From positions 2,262 through 66,261 of the forward strand of contig JBAUYI010000342.1 in NCBI GenBank assembly GCA_049584715.1: a stretch of DNA of 64,000 nucleotides, in the 5' to 3' direction. The notes beneath the pieces are model-generated. The model had not been told where the DNA came from and did no database searches. It was given only the letters and a program-made list of their open reading frames with translations. Positions 7,282 to 15,879 of the stretch are shown here, one piece after another; position 1 is the stretch's first letter, and each line of letters begins with the position of its first letter. The position numbers and the translations under genes are program-made. This stretch comes from Xanthobacteraceae bacterium (GTDB taxonomy: Bacteria; Pseudomonadota; Alphaproteobacteria; Rhizobiales; Xanthobacteraceae).

Positions 7282-9336
7282 TCAGCGCCACATCCCACGC
7301 AACCGCGCCCCGATATCGATCGGCTGCTGACTCGCTTTCGGTCGATCAACTCTATGGTCCGCGGCAGGCGGCCATGCGCACTGCTCGAAATGCCTGGTGA
7401 TCGCATTGGGGATGAACCGCGTGCGGATGGCGTACATATGCCGGTCGGCATTGCTGCGCTGCTGATGGGCGAAGAAGCGCTGCGGAATGATCATGTGCAG
7501 GTGATCCTTGGCCCGCGTCATCGCGACATAGAGCAGGCGGCGCTCCTCCTCGGTTTCCGGTGTATTTCCGATTGCAAGGTCGGAAGGGATACAGCCATCG
7601 ACGCAGTTGAGTACAAAAACGGATTTCCATTCCTGCCCTTTAGCCGAGTGGATCGTGGAAAGGATCAGGTAGTCCTCGTCGAGCAAAGGCGCGCCGGCTT
7701 CGCCGCTGCTTGCAGTGGGAGGGTCAAGCGTGAGTTCGGTAAGGAAGCTTTGCCGGTTCGGATAAGTCGAGGCAATTTGGGCAAGCTGAAGCAGATCGGC
7801 TTCGCGGATCCTGGCATCTTCATGCAGACGCTCCAGATGCGGCGCATACCAGTGGCTCACTAAGTCAAATTCCGCCGGCCAGCCGGTCGTGTTGCTCCGT
7901 ACAAGCTTCAATACGTCCACGAAGGCAGGCCAATCTTCTGCACACGCGGCCGGCGGACGGAAGTCAGCGATTATTCCCAGGGGATCGTTGGCTTCCGCTA
8001 ACTGATCGAGCAGGCGCGCGGCGGTCGCGGGACCGGCGCCGGGCAGGAGCTGGATGACGCGAAAGCCAGACACCCGATCGCGCAGGTTCTCCGCCCAGCG
8101 TAGGAAAGCCAGCACATCCTTGATGTGTGCCGCTTCGAGGAACTTGAGGCCGCCGAACTTCACAAACGGGATGTTGCGGCGTGCGAGTTCAATTTCCAGC
8201 GGGCCGCTATGGTGCGACGCGCGAAACAGCACCGCCTGTTGTTTGAGTGCAATGCCGGCTTCGCGATGCTCCAGCACGCGCCCGGCCACGTAGCGCGCTT
8301 GTTCTCCTTCATTGCGGACCGTGATTAGCTGCGGAAGTTGGGCCGAGGGCCGGTCGGAGCGCAAGCTCTTCTTGTGGCGCTCCGCAGCAAGATCGATAAC
8401 CGCATTCGCGGCAGCGAGGATCGGCTGTGTCGAGCGGTAGTTGCGATCGAGCGTGATGATGTGGGCCGGCGGCGTGAAATGTTTCGGGAAGTCGAGGATG
8501 TTGCGCACCGTTGCCGCACGAAACGAATAAATCGACTGCGCATCGTCGCCGACGACGGTCAAACCGTTGCCATCTGGTTTCAGCGCAAGGAGGATCGAGG
8601 CCTGAAGACGGTTGGTGTCTTGATATTCGTCAACGAACACGTGATCGAAGCGCGACGAGACTTCCTGCGCGATAGCGCCTTCCTGCATCATCTGCGCCCA
8701 ATAGAGCAGGAGATCGTCGTAGTCGAGGACGCTCTGCTGCTGTTTCGCCTCCACGTAGCTGCCGAACAGAATCTTGAACTCGGCCTGCCAGTTTGCGCAC
8801 CACGGAAAATATCTTCCGAGGACCTCGGCCAGGGGCGTTTCTCCATTCACCACGCGCGAATAGACCGCCAGGCAGGTATTCTTTGTCGGGAAGCGCTCTT
8901 GCGTCTTGGAGAAGCCCAGGTCGTACCGCACAAGATTCATGAGGTCGGCGGAATCCTCACGGTCGTGAATGGTGAAGGCGCGATCAAGGCCGATTCGCTC
9001 TGCATTCTCCCGCAAAAGTCGCGCGCCAATTGCATGGAAGGTGCCCGCCCAGCTCAAGGCATCCACCATGACCCTGGCATGATACGGGAACACTTGCGTC
9101 GCAATTCGTTCAACCCTGCGGTTCATCTCAGCCGCGGCTCGCCGGGAAAAGGTCAGGAGCATCATGCGGCGCGGATCGGCTCCCTGTGCGATCAGATGCG
9201 CAACGCGATGCGCCAGCGTGTTGGTCTTGCCCGTTCCCGCGCCCGCGATAATCAGAAGCGGCGACGCATTCTCGCCACCATGCTCGACGGCACAGCGCTG
9301 TTCCAGATTGAGCGAAGCAAGGTAGGGCGCGGTCAT
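7282..9336 (-). CDS. UvrD/Rep/PcrA-family ATP-dependent DNA helicase
   Basis: 684 aa. Walker A AGAGTGKTNTL, VDEYQDTN (motif II), and a C-terminal helicase motif VAMTRAKDHL. Confidence 0.9.
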   Translation of the reverse strand: MTAPYLASLNLEQRCAVEHGGENASPLLIIAGAGTGKTNTLAHRVAHLIAQGADPRRMMLLTFSRRAAAEMNRRVERIATQVFPYHARVMVDALSWAGTFHAIGARLLRENAERIGLDRAFTIHDREDSADLMNLVRYDLGFSKTQERFPTKNTCLAVYSRVVNGETPLAEVLGRYFPWCANWQAEFKILFGSYVEAKQQQSVLDYDDLLLYWAQMMQEGAIAQEVSSRFDHVFVDEYQDTNRLQASILLALKPDGNGLTVVGDDAQSIYSFRAATVRNILDFPKHFTPPAHIITLDRNYRSTQPILAAANAVIDLAAERHKKSLRSDRPSAQLPQLITVRNEGEQARYVAGRVLEHREAGIALKQQAVLFRASHHSGPLEIELARRNIPFVKFGGLKFLEAAHIKDVLAFLRWAENLRDRVSGFRVIQLLPGAGPATAARLLDQLAEANDPLGIIADFRPPAACAEDWPAFVDVLKLVRSNTTGWPAEFDLVSHWYAPHLERLHEDARIREADLLQLAQIASTYPNRQSFLTELTLDPPTASSGEAGAPLLDEDYLILSTIHSAKGQEWKSVFVLNCVDGCIPSDLAIGNTPETEEERRLLYVAMTRAKDHLHMIIPQRFFAHQQRSNADRHMYAIRTRFIPNAITRHFEQCAWPPAADHRVDRPKASQQPIDIGARLRGMWR

Positions 9337-9476
9337 GAGGCCGAGGGGGTCGAATCAGCGACACCACCAGCAAGCACGGCTTTTTGGCTATCTGCAAATA
9401 AAGTGGCAGGTCAGGTTATTGGGCTAATCCTCAGTCCCGCGCCTAGGGTTGCTTCTTCCGCCGTCGCCCCGATAAG

Positions 9477-9507
9477 CAAAAGGGCTCCGGCGGTCGCGCC
9501 GGAGCCC
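9477..9507 (-). terminator. Rho-independent terminator after PRC-barrel gene
   Basis: Minus strand reads GGGCTCCGGC-gcgacc-GCCGGAGCCC followed by TTTTGCTT. Confidence 0.7.
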
Positions 9508-9520
9508 TTGTCGAGTCGAG

Positions 9521-9895
9521 CTAGTACCAGAGCGGTGTCTTGTAATAATCGTAGACGCTGCGATCGCGGGCGCGATCGGACCAATCCCAGTCTGTGTTCC
9601 GATTGTATTTTGGCGCCCCCTTGAGTTGATCCTCGGTCACGCCGACGCGGTAGCCGCCCAGCCGCGTGTCGTATTTCAGATTCGGCCACGGCATCGGGTA
9701 GTAGTCCTCGCCCATACCAAGAAAGCCGCCGAACGACACCACCGCATAGGCGACCTTGCCGCTGATTTTGTCGATCATGACCCGCTGAACGCTGCCGATC
9801 TTGCGTTCATCCGCGCCATAAACGGCCGTTCCATCGACCTTGTCGCTGCCGATCAACGACACCGTTTCCCGGCTCGTATCCACAGTCGTAGCCAT
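9521..9895 (-). CDS. PRC-barrel domain protein (124 aa)
   Basis: Internal ATG after AGGAGG. LIGSDKVDGTAVYGADERKIGSVQRVMIDKISGKVAYAVVSFGGFLGMGEDYYPMPW is a PRC-barrel signature. Confidence 0.85.
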   Translation of the reverse strand: MATTVDTSRETVSLIGSDKVDGTAVYGADERKIGSVQRVMIDKISGKVAYAVVSFGGFLGMGEDYYPMPWPNLKYDTRLGGYRVGVTEDQLKGAPKYNRNTDWDWSDRARDRSVYDYYKTPLWY

Positions 9896-9929
9896 CGTTT
9901 CCTCCTGTTGAAGATGAAGTTTCAAGGAG

Positions 9930-9954
9930 AACACCGGAGCAATCTGGCAGTTCC
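9930..9954 (-). promoter_or_regulatory. near-consensus EcfG-type promoter (GGAAC-N16-TGTT) for PRC-barrel gene
   Basis: Top strand is AACA-N16-GTTCC. The -10 lies 35 nt upstream of the ATG, the same spacing as at ppa and the cupin gene. Confidence 0.35.
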
Positions 9955-10148
9955 GCAGCGATGGGGAAAAAGAGGATCTCGGATACGTCGAATGACGTAC
10001 CGCCCGCAAATTGGATATGCCCTTTCGCAGTCCGGCAATTAGCCGAGACAGGCCTGGGATAGGTCACAGCCGGACGCGACACACGGGAAGAGCTCAAATA
10101 TTCACGTCGGGTTTCGGAGCCAATGGGGTAATTTCGATTTATCTTTCC

Positions 10149-11012
10149 ATGGCGCACTGGCTACCATCGCGAATGAAGCCGAAGCACTTGGCGCGCGGCC
10201 CCCTCGTCTGGATGGCGCGGATAGGCTATGCGGCGCGCGGCATCGTCTTTCTCCTGATCGGCACCTTTGCGCTTCTTGCTGCGAGCGGCTTCAGTGAGCG
10301 CCCCCAAGGCGCGCGCGACGCATTGGAGTTCGCGTTTCAATGGCCGTTCGGCGGATATTTTCTTTGGACGCTCGCCGTGGGTCTACTATGCTTCGCCGGC
10401 TGGCGATTGCTCCAGTCCGTGTTCGACGCCGACCGGCACGGCAGTGACTCCTATGGTTTGATGCGCCGCGCCGCGCTCGGCGGTAGTGCATTATTTTATC
10501 TTGCGCTGGCTGCGGCGACCGCACGCGTTACCTTCGAGGAGCGGCGCGTTAGCGAGGATCAGTCGGTACGCGAGTGGACGGCGTGGGTCATGACGCAACC
10601 CCTCGGACGCTTTCTAATCGCGCTGATTGCGATTGGATTTGTTGCGGTTTCGATCGGCCTAGCAGTGAAGGTCTTTCGGGCCCCGTACCGCGACGCGCTC
10701 GATGCGACGGAGGCGCAACGGACAATGGCGGTCGCCCTCGGATCGTTCGGAATCATGACGCGCGCGCTCGTATTCCTGATATTTGGCTGCTTTCTGGCTA
10801 TTGCCGCCTACGATGGCAATTCACGGGAGGCTGGCGGTCTGGCCAGCGTATTACGCGCAATGCAATATCACGCTTATGGCGGCGTGCTGCTTGGCATCGC
10901 CGCGCTCGGCCTCTTGGCTTTCGGCTTTTTTGAGATCATCGAGGCGACGGCGCGCCGGGCTGCCGCGGTGAAGCTCGATCCAAGGCCAGATCAACTGCGC
11001 GATCTGCATTAA
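10149..11012 (+). CDS. DUF1206 domain membrane protein
   Basis: Repeated hydrophobic modules with the ARG(I/V)VFLLIG pattern. Start chosen at MAHWLP and is uncertain. Confidence 0.65.
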   Translation: MAHWLPSRMKPKHLARGPLVWMARIGYAARGIVFLLIGTFALLAASGFSERPQGARDALEFAFQWPFGGYFLWTLAVGLLCFAGWRLLQSVFDADRHGSDSYGLMRRAALGGSALFYLALAAATARVTFEERRVSEDQSVREWTAWVMTQPLGRFLIALIAIGFVAVSIGLAVKVFRAPYRDALDATEAQRTMAVALGSFGIMTRALVFLIFGCFLAIAAYDGNSREAGGLASVLRAMQYHAYGGVLLGIAALGLLAFGFFEIIEATARRAAAVKLDPRPDQLRDLH

Positions 11013-11084
11013 GGCGGCAATGGAAGACAAGACGCGCCGCGTCGGTCACATGATGCAGCGACTTGGTCAGTAGGGAGAGAAATC

Positions 11085-11297
11085 ATGGCTGAATCCGCCT
11101 CTGAATTTTTGGAACGCTGGAGACATTCCTACATCGCCCGCGAGTCCCGTACGCTAGAACAGGTGGATGTGACGGTTAAAGAGTGTCTTGACGATGCAGC
11201 GGAGGCACATATCGCCGCCAGCGATCTAGAGGCCGCCGCAGGCGGCGATCTCAGGGGTTACCTTCTCGCTGCGCTCAAGGACGCAAGAGGCGGGTAA
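11085..11297 (+). CDS. small protein, DUF768-like
   Basis: 70 aa with GGGAGAG before the ATG. The FLERW... and acidic C-terminal pattern resembles rhizobial DUF768 (from memory). Confidence 0.45.
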   Translation: MAESASEFLERWRHSYIARESRTLEQVDVTVKECLDDAAEAHIAASDLEAAAGGDLRGYLLAALKDARGG

Positions 11298-11324
11298 ATG
11301 CGGTGCTGGCCCCTTTCCAAACCT

Positions 11325-11337
11325 GCTGGTCCCTTTG
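11325..11337 (+). repeat. 13-mer gctggtccctttg (copy 1; degenerate copies at 11305 and 11347)
   Basis: Identical 13-mer recurs at 12196..12208, bracketing the lower-GC small-ORF patch. Confidence 0.5.
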
Positions 11338-11412
11338 AAATTTACAGTGGCCCCTTTTGGTGACGCCCATCACGGAACGAGATTAAACACCAAGCTATTA
11401 GTGCATGGGATC

Positions 11413-11619
11413 ATGGGGCATCCAATGGACGATGCAGCCCGAGTAAGAGAGCGCGCGGTTCGCCTCTATGCGCTGGCCCTACAGGCCCGCGAGCGTAGCT
11501 ATACGAGCGCTGGCGAACTGGAAAGGCTGGCCAATGAGACAATGGCCCATGCCGAGGAATTAGAGCGGCGCGCCCGCATTGTGACGCCACAACCGCAGCC
11601 CAAAAAGGAGAAGAACTGA
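11413..11619 (+). CDS. small helical hypothetical protein
   Basis: Internal ATG of ORF 11335..11619. Start is uncertain. Confidence 0.35.
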   Translation: MGHPMDDAARVRERAVRLYALALQARERSYTSAGELERLANETMAHAEELERRARIVTPQPQPKKEKN

Positions 11620-11717
11620 TCGTGAAAAACTTGGGGAACTGTAGGGAACCGGACGGAACCGGCATTCGGATTGTGGATTAAATAGGCGGTATTGGAACCC
11701 AGAATTGGAATGTGGAA

Positions 11718-11849
11718 ATGGCCACAGCCGATGACTACCGCCAATACGCCGTAGAATGCCTACACTGGGCCGAGGAGGCGGAAACGGACCACCAGCGGCA
11801 ATCCTTCCTCGACATGGCGCGCGATTGGACTTTGGCTCCCTACACCTAG
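11718..11849 (+). CDS. 43-aa small protein, truncated member of the same family as 11914..12087 (not in ORF track)
   Basis: MATADDYRQYAVECLHWAEEAETDHQRQSFLDMARDW parallels MKTVAEYRKFAEDCRQLAAKLANPDDKRAVLLMATAW. Confidence 0.35.
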   Translation: MATADDYRQYAVECLHWAEEAETDHQRQSFLDMARDWTLAPYT

Positions 11850-11913
11850 CCATGTCAAAAGACACAGATGGGGCTTCTTCAACGGTGTAGTGAGTTCCGG
11901 GGAAGGAACTCCG

Positions 11914-12087
11914 ATGAAAACGGTTGCAGAGTACCGAAAGTTTGCCGAGGACTGTCGGCAACTTGCGGCGAAGCTTGCGAATCCTGACGACAAACGCGCG
12001 GTCCTGCTGATGGCTACGGCCTGGGACAAGGTCGCCAACGACAGGGAGGCGCACCTTAGAAAGACAGATCAGCCGGAGCCGGCATAG
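11914..12087 (+). CDS. 57-aa small helical protein (family common in Bradyrhizobiaceae)
   Basis: Internal ATG after GGAAGGAAC. Motif EYR.FAE.C..LA ... A.AW..(L/V)A. Confidence 0.5.
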   Translation: MKTVAEYRKFAEDCRQLAAKLANPDDKRAVLLMATAWDKVANDREAHLRKTDQPEPA

Positions 12088-12195
12088 GCCGCCTCAGTTG
12101 GCGGTCTCTTTCGTCACAGGCCGACCCCTGTGTCTTCCTCGGGGCGATAATCGAACGGTAGTTCGTACTGATCGTTGACCGCGGTCGAAATCCAG

Positions 12196-12208
12196 GCTGG
12201 TCCCTTTG
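12196..12208 (+). repeat. 13-mer gctggtccctttg (copy 2)
   Basis: Identical to 11325..11337. Confidence 0.5.
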
Positions 12209-12255
12209 GGGCTAAAGGGGTCAGTCCGTAAATGCGCTCCGTGAATGGCGCTGCC

Positions 12256-12576
12256 TCACTCTGATCCGGTCAGATACGTGCGTATATCATTTAGGTTTTG
12301 CGGAAATGACTTTTCTTCAATGACTTCCCACCGAAGCTTGCTACAGACATTTCTCAATGCCTTCAGATCATGATGTCGGAAAATAACGTGGCCTTCAGGT
12401 TGGAATGCTACGACGAAGTCTGTGCCATCGCGTTCAACCGACACTTTTCGCCCTCGTCCATATCCAAGAGACTTGCCAATTCTATCGGTAACTAAAGACA
12501 TTACGCACCCCTGGCGGCTGATCGGTGACGCGTTGTGCCGCAGCTCCATATTGCGGCGGATCAAGGTCCGCGTCAA
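12256..12576 (-). CDS. hypothetical protein (AT-richer; start may be the ATG at 12501)
   Basis: 106-aa ORF with no motif recognised. Confidence 0.35.
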   Translation of the reverse strand: MTRTLIRRNMELRHNASPISRQGCVMSLVTDRIGKSLGYGRGRKVSVERDGTDFVVAFQPEGHVIFRHHDLKALRNVCSKLRWEVIEEKSFPQNLNDIRTYLTGSE

Positions 12577-12688
12577 AGGCGCGCTGGGTTACAGCATCGA
12601 CAACAAACGCCATCGGATGGGAACTTCCCGATATTTTGCGATCGCGTATTTTAAGCTGAGGCTTACCAGGGCTCTGAGCCAACAGTCG

Positions 12689-13255
12689 TTAGCGTTGCTT
12701 TTTGCGGCGAAATTTCTTCATTCCGATCTTTATAAGCTCTTCAGCCTTCCCGGGCCCGACGGTCTTACCCGGCCTGAATTTGCGGCCGCGAAGTTTATTA
12801 TAGCTCACGAAAAATTCGACGATCTCGTCGACCAGGTGAGGACGGAGATCGCTAAACTTCTTCGCCTTTTCATAGGTCTGGGCATGGGTCGCCACGGCGA
12901 CCAACCGGTCGTTCCGCGTCCAGCCCTTGTCCTTCTCTTTCTGCTCCGCCTCGATTGCGCCGACCAAGCGGACCGTGACGACGCAGCCTGGCACCACCGG
13001 GCTTTCCATGAGAATCAAGATATCGAGTGGATCGCCATCGTCGCCGAGCGTCGAAGGGATGAAGCCGAAATCGTAGGGAAAGACCATGCCCTCGGGCAGC
13101 ACGGTCGAGAGCTGCAGGCAGTCGCATTCGGGATCATAGCTGTATTTGTTGCGACTGCCCTTGGGCGTCTCGATGACGATGCGGAGGTCCTCGGTCTTGG
13201 CGTCGTAGGGCGCAATGGCCGAGAGGATCGTATGGCGTGCAGTCTGGGGAGGCAT
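12689..13255 (-). CDS. ppa: inorganic pyrophosphatase, family I
   Basis: KYSYD...FPYDFGFIPSTLGDDGDPLDILILM...NDRLVAV are the PPase active-site motifs. Confidence 0.85.
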   Translation of the reverse strand: MPPQTARHTILSAIAPYDAKTEDLRIVIETPKGSRNKYSYDPECDCLQLSTVLPEGMVFPYDFGFIPSTLGDDGDPLDILILMESPVVPGCVVTVRLVGAIEAEQKEKDKGWTRNDRLVAVATHAQTYEKAKKFSDLRPHLVDEIVEFFVSYNKLRGRKFRPGKTVGPGKAEELIKIGMKKFRRKKQR

Positions 13256-13280
13256 GCGAGTTGAACCGATTTAGAGAATG

Positions 13281-13808
13281 TCATTTTGCAACGCATCCTT
13301 GCGGACCAGAGTTCCCGGGGGCGTGGATGAGTTGAAGGGCTTCGGTCAGGGCATCCGCCATGGCTTCGTCCAAAATCTTGGCGCGGCCGATCGGCCCGTA
13401 GTGCCGCTCGGTGTGCCGCGAAGGAAAGCCTTCGCGGGCTGCTGCGATGCACACAAAGCCTACAGGGTTATGGTCTTCATCGGGCTTCGGGCCGGCTACA
13501 CCCGTGATGGCGAGGGCGATGTTCGCAGGCGAGCGGCGCAAGGCTCCCTCAGCCATGGCGACCGCGGTATCGACGCAGACCGCCCCGCGTTCGCGTAAAA
13601 GCTCAAGCGAAACTCCAAGCAGCTTGGTTTTGGCTTCCTTCGTGTAGGTGACGAATCCGCCGTGCAAGTGCTCCCCGGCGCCGGGGACTTCGGACAGCAC
13701 ATTTGAGAGTTTGCCGGCGGTGCAGGATTCGGCGGTGACGAGCGAGAGACCTTGCATCCGCGCCGCTTCGATCACCTGTTTGGCGAGGGCTGCAAGCTTC
13801 GCGTTCAT
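13281..13808 (-). CDS. CinA-family protein / nicotinamide-nucleotide amidohydrolase (PncC-like)
   Basis: Starts MNAKLAAL. LVTAESCTAGKLS...GGFVTYT..AK...LGV is the CinA C-domain signature. ATGA overlap with the upstream gene. Confidence 0.8.
   Translation of the reverse strand: MNAKLAALAKQVIEAARMQGLSLVTAESCTAGKLSNVLSEVPGAGEHLHGGFVTYTKEAKTKLLGVSLELLRERGAVCVDTAVAMAEGALRRSPANIALAITGVAGPKPDEDHNPVGFVCIAAAREGFPSRHTERHYGPIGRAKILDEAMADALTEALQLIHAPGNSGPQGCVAK
13290..13315 (-). promoter_or_regulatory. EcfG-type promoter (GGAAC-N17-CGTT) for ppa, embedded in the 3' end of the CinA-like gene
   Basis: Top strand is AACG-catccttgcggaccaga-GTTCC. The -10 lies 35 nt from the ppa ATG. Confidence 0.65.
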
Positions 13809-14725
13809 GGGCGGCCGGTCTTTTTCAAGAGCCGTTGCGCGAGCGGGTACATATACCAGGTGCCCAATAAAACGACGATTGCCGCCAAACCGAGTAAGGT
13901 GGCAGCGCGATCCGACTGGAGGGCGCGACCGGCGGCGACAAAGGTATCGAGGGCAATTCCAAACGCGAGCGGCAAAGGCGCGGCAACAACGAAAAAGGAC
14001 GCAACCCTGACAAACGCCGGATCGTCCTCGCCGCCGAAAGCGATGCGATGGATTGAGGCGGGGGCCATCAGCATAATGACGGCTAGCCCGATGCAGCACA
14101 GGGCTGCGACATGCAGCATTTTAACGGCCTCCGGCAATTCGGCAAACGCCCGCATCAGGGTCACGGCAAACTGAAAGCCGAGTAGCGCTTGGGCGCCTGG
14201 GATGATCAGGCGCGCCTCGGTGAGCAGCTGATCGACTTGGACGTCGAGCGGCGTGCGAACTGCCTTATCTTTCGCCATGGCCGGCTTCTTGCTCCGTAAA
14301 AGAAATCCCAAGACGTACCAAGATAAAATCGCCACAATGAAAAAACCCGCACCGATAGTGGCTCCCGTGACGGGATCGAGCGTCCATGCGACGGTGACGA
14401 ACATATCGAAGGCAAGCGCGAAGGTGAGCGGCAGCAAAGCGAAGCCGGCAAAATCGCTGGCGAGTCTCAATACGCGCGCGTTGTCCTGGCCGCTCTCGAC
14501 AAGACGATGATGCATGGAGGGCGCGATGAGGAAGGCGATCGAGACCATGAGCAGCGTAAGGCCGGAAGTTTCGAGCACGCGCGAAGGGTACGGAAGGTCG
14601 ACAAACAGTTCCTGGAAGATACCGTTGAACTGAAAGCCGAACAGAACCTGCGTACCGAGAATCAGAAGACGGTTGTCGTTGAGCGCAAGTTTCAGTTTTT
14701 TTTGCAAGTCCATGACGACCGGCAA
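13805..14725 (-). CDS. integral membrane protein with internal duplication (DUF6328-like modules)
   Basis: The two halves align: RLLILGTQVLFGFQF..DLP..IAPSMHHRL vs RLIIPGAQALLGFQF..ELP..MAPASIHRI. Confidence 0.65.
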   Translation of the reverse strand: MPVVMDLQKKLKLALNDNRLLILGTQVLFGFQFNGIFQELFVDLPYPSRVLETSGLTLLMVSIAFLIAPSMHHRLVESGQDNARVLRLASDFAGFALLPLTFALAFDMFVTVAWTLDPVTGATIGAGFFIVAILSWYVLGFLLRSKKPAMAKDKAVRTPLDVQVDQLLTEARLIIPGAQALLGFQFAVTLMRAFAELPEAVKMLHVAALCCIGLAVIMLMAPASIHRIAFGGEDDPAFVRVASFFVVAAPLPLAFGIALDTFVAAGRALQSDRAATLLGLAAIVVLLGTWYMYPLAQRLLKKTGRP

Positions 14726-14728
14726 CGG

Positions 14729-15337
14729 CTAACGCGCGGGCGTCCAATATCTGAATAGCGCACCTGACGTACCGAAGAGAGGATCCTTGCGCGGCAAACC
14801 AACCTTTTTGACACGCCTCACGCCGACCGCATGTTCCTTGGGGTCCGGCAAACACTCATCGTAAGTACCGTTCGAGGGATAAGCGCCCACGATCAGGAAA
14901 TTTTTGCCGGCCTTGAGCGACTGATGTCCCGTCCCGGCTGGAAGGATGAGGACGTCGCCTGCTCCGATTTTAAAAGTTCGGCCTTTATCGCCGCCGAGCC
15001 GCACCTGGGCGCTGCCGCGCGCAACGCCGAGCGCTTCATGGATGCGCGAGTGATAGTGCAAATAGTCGTAAATGCCGTCGCGCCAGCTATCCCGCCATCC
15101 GTTGCGTTCGAAGATATCCTCGATGACCGCGGCGGGATCGAGATCGCGCGGAAAACGGACGGCGCGACGGTAGATGATGACCGGCCAGCGCGGGTTGTTC
15201 GGGATGAGGCCGTCGTCCCCGAACGTGTAGGTATTCGCTTTCGATTTTCGGACCAGCTTATCCAGCTCCGCCGACTTTGGCCGGTGCCAGCCCGTCAGAT
15301 GCTCCGTGGTCTTCTTTACGTCTTCCAGCAAAGGCAT
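14729..15337 (-). CDS. cupin-domain protein (YjlB-like)
   Basis: 202 aa. HYHSRIHEALGVARGSAQVRLGG..G..F.I.AGDVLILPAGTGH is a cupin motif. Confidence 0.75.
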   Translation of the reverse strand: MPLLEDVKKTTEHLTGWHRPKSAELDKLVRKSKANTYTFGDDGLIPNNPRWPVIIYRRAVRFPRDLDPAAVIEDIFERNGWRDSWRDGIYDYLHYHSRIHEALGVARGSAQVRLGGDKGRTFKIGAGDVLILPAGTGHQSLKAGKNFLIVGAYPSNGTYDECLPDPKEHAVGVRRVKKVGLPRKDPLFGTSGALFRYWTPAR

Positions 15338-15372
15338 GATGCGCCACGAAAAACTAGGGGCCGTTCAACCTC

Positions 15373-15398
15373 AACAGGGACGGAATGGCTTTGGTTCC
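15373..15398 (-). promoter_or_regulatory. near-consensus EcfG-type promoter (GGAAC-N17-TGTT) for the cupin-membrane-CinA operon
   Basis: Top strand is AACA-N17-GTTCC. The -10 lies 36 nt from the ATG. Confidence 0.35.
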
Positions 15399-15489
15399 AA
15401 AGGACACCAGCGCCGGACCCGCCGCGGTCCTGGCCGCTATCTGGCGTCGCTTGTCGAAAGCATGTGGCGCCACCGGTTCGGGAATTGCT

Positions 15490-15514
15490 GGAACCCACAG
15501 CCGGTGTGAGCATT
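15490..15514 (+). promoter_or_regulatory. marginal EcfG-like motif (GGAAC-N16-CATT) upstream of the small secreted protein
   Basis: One mismatch in the -10. The -10 lies 38 nt from the ATG at 15552. Confidence 0.25.
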
Positions 15515-15551
15515 GTTTTGAGTGACAGAACGCACAAAGGAGAACCGTCCA

Positions 15552-15764
15552 ATGCGTAAGCTCATCCTCGCCACGGTGGCCGCCGCCATTGTGACGGCAC
15601 CCATGACTGTGGCGGTCAAGGCCGAAGATACGACTATTATCAAGAAGGACAATGATACGGGCGACAAAACAGTCGTCAAGAAACGAGACGAGCTAAACGT
15701 GCTGCCCGTCCCGCACGTGGAAGAGAAGAAAACCATAATCAAGAAAGAACACGACGACGAATAA
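15552..15764 (+). CDS. small secreted Lys/Asp-rich protein (70 aa)
   Basis: AAGGAG before the ATG. Signal peptide MRKLILATVAAAIVTAPMTVAVKA. Repeated (I/V)(I/V)KK(D/E) units. Confidence 0.6.
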   Translation: MRKLILATVAAAIVTAPMTVAVKAEDTTIIKKDNDTGDKTVVKKRDELNVLPVPHVEEKKTIIKKEHDDE

Positions 15765-15879
15765 TAGAACGATGTCTGCAATCTCGGGAAGGCTCGCCGG
15801 TTGGTGGGCCTTCGCTTTGTTATTCGAGGCCAACATGGTGACGTCAAATCGTTCGGCGAGAACAGCATAGGCCGCCGAA

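Noticed and set aside
7282-9336. UvrD-family helicase as part of a Gabija- or Hachiman-like anti-phage system
   Set aside because: No adjacent OLD-family ATPase/nuclease or HamA-like partner is present. The neighbouring gene is convergent and the other neighbour is a stress-type PRC-barrel gene with its own terminator.
8338-9624. 428-aa ORF antisense to the UvrD-like helicase. Similar long shadow ORFs lie at 17149-18393, 55351-56469, 58046-59386, 32403-33386 and 25714-26460.
   Set aside because: All are antisense or off-frame to ORFs with clear family motifs. They have Arg/Gly/Ala/His-rich low-complexity translations and lack SD sequences. These are the usual GC-rich shadow ORFs.
11630-11700. 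Four GGAAC pentamers within 70 bp
   Set aside because: None has a (C/G/T)GTT at N16 or N17, so I do not call them stress promoters. They are noted only as an oddity of the small-ORF patch.
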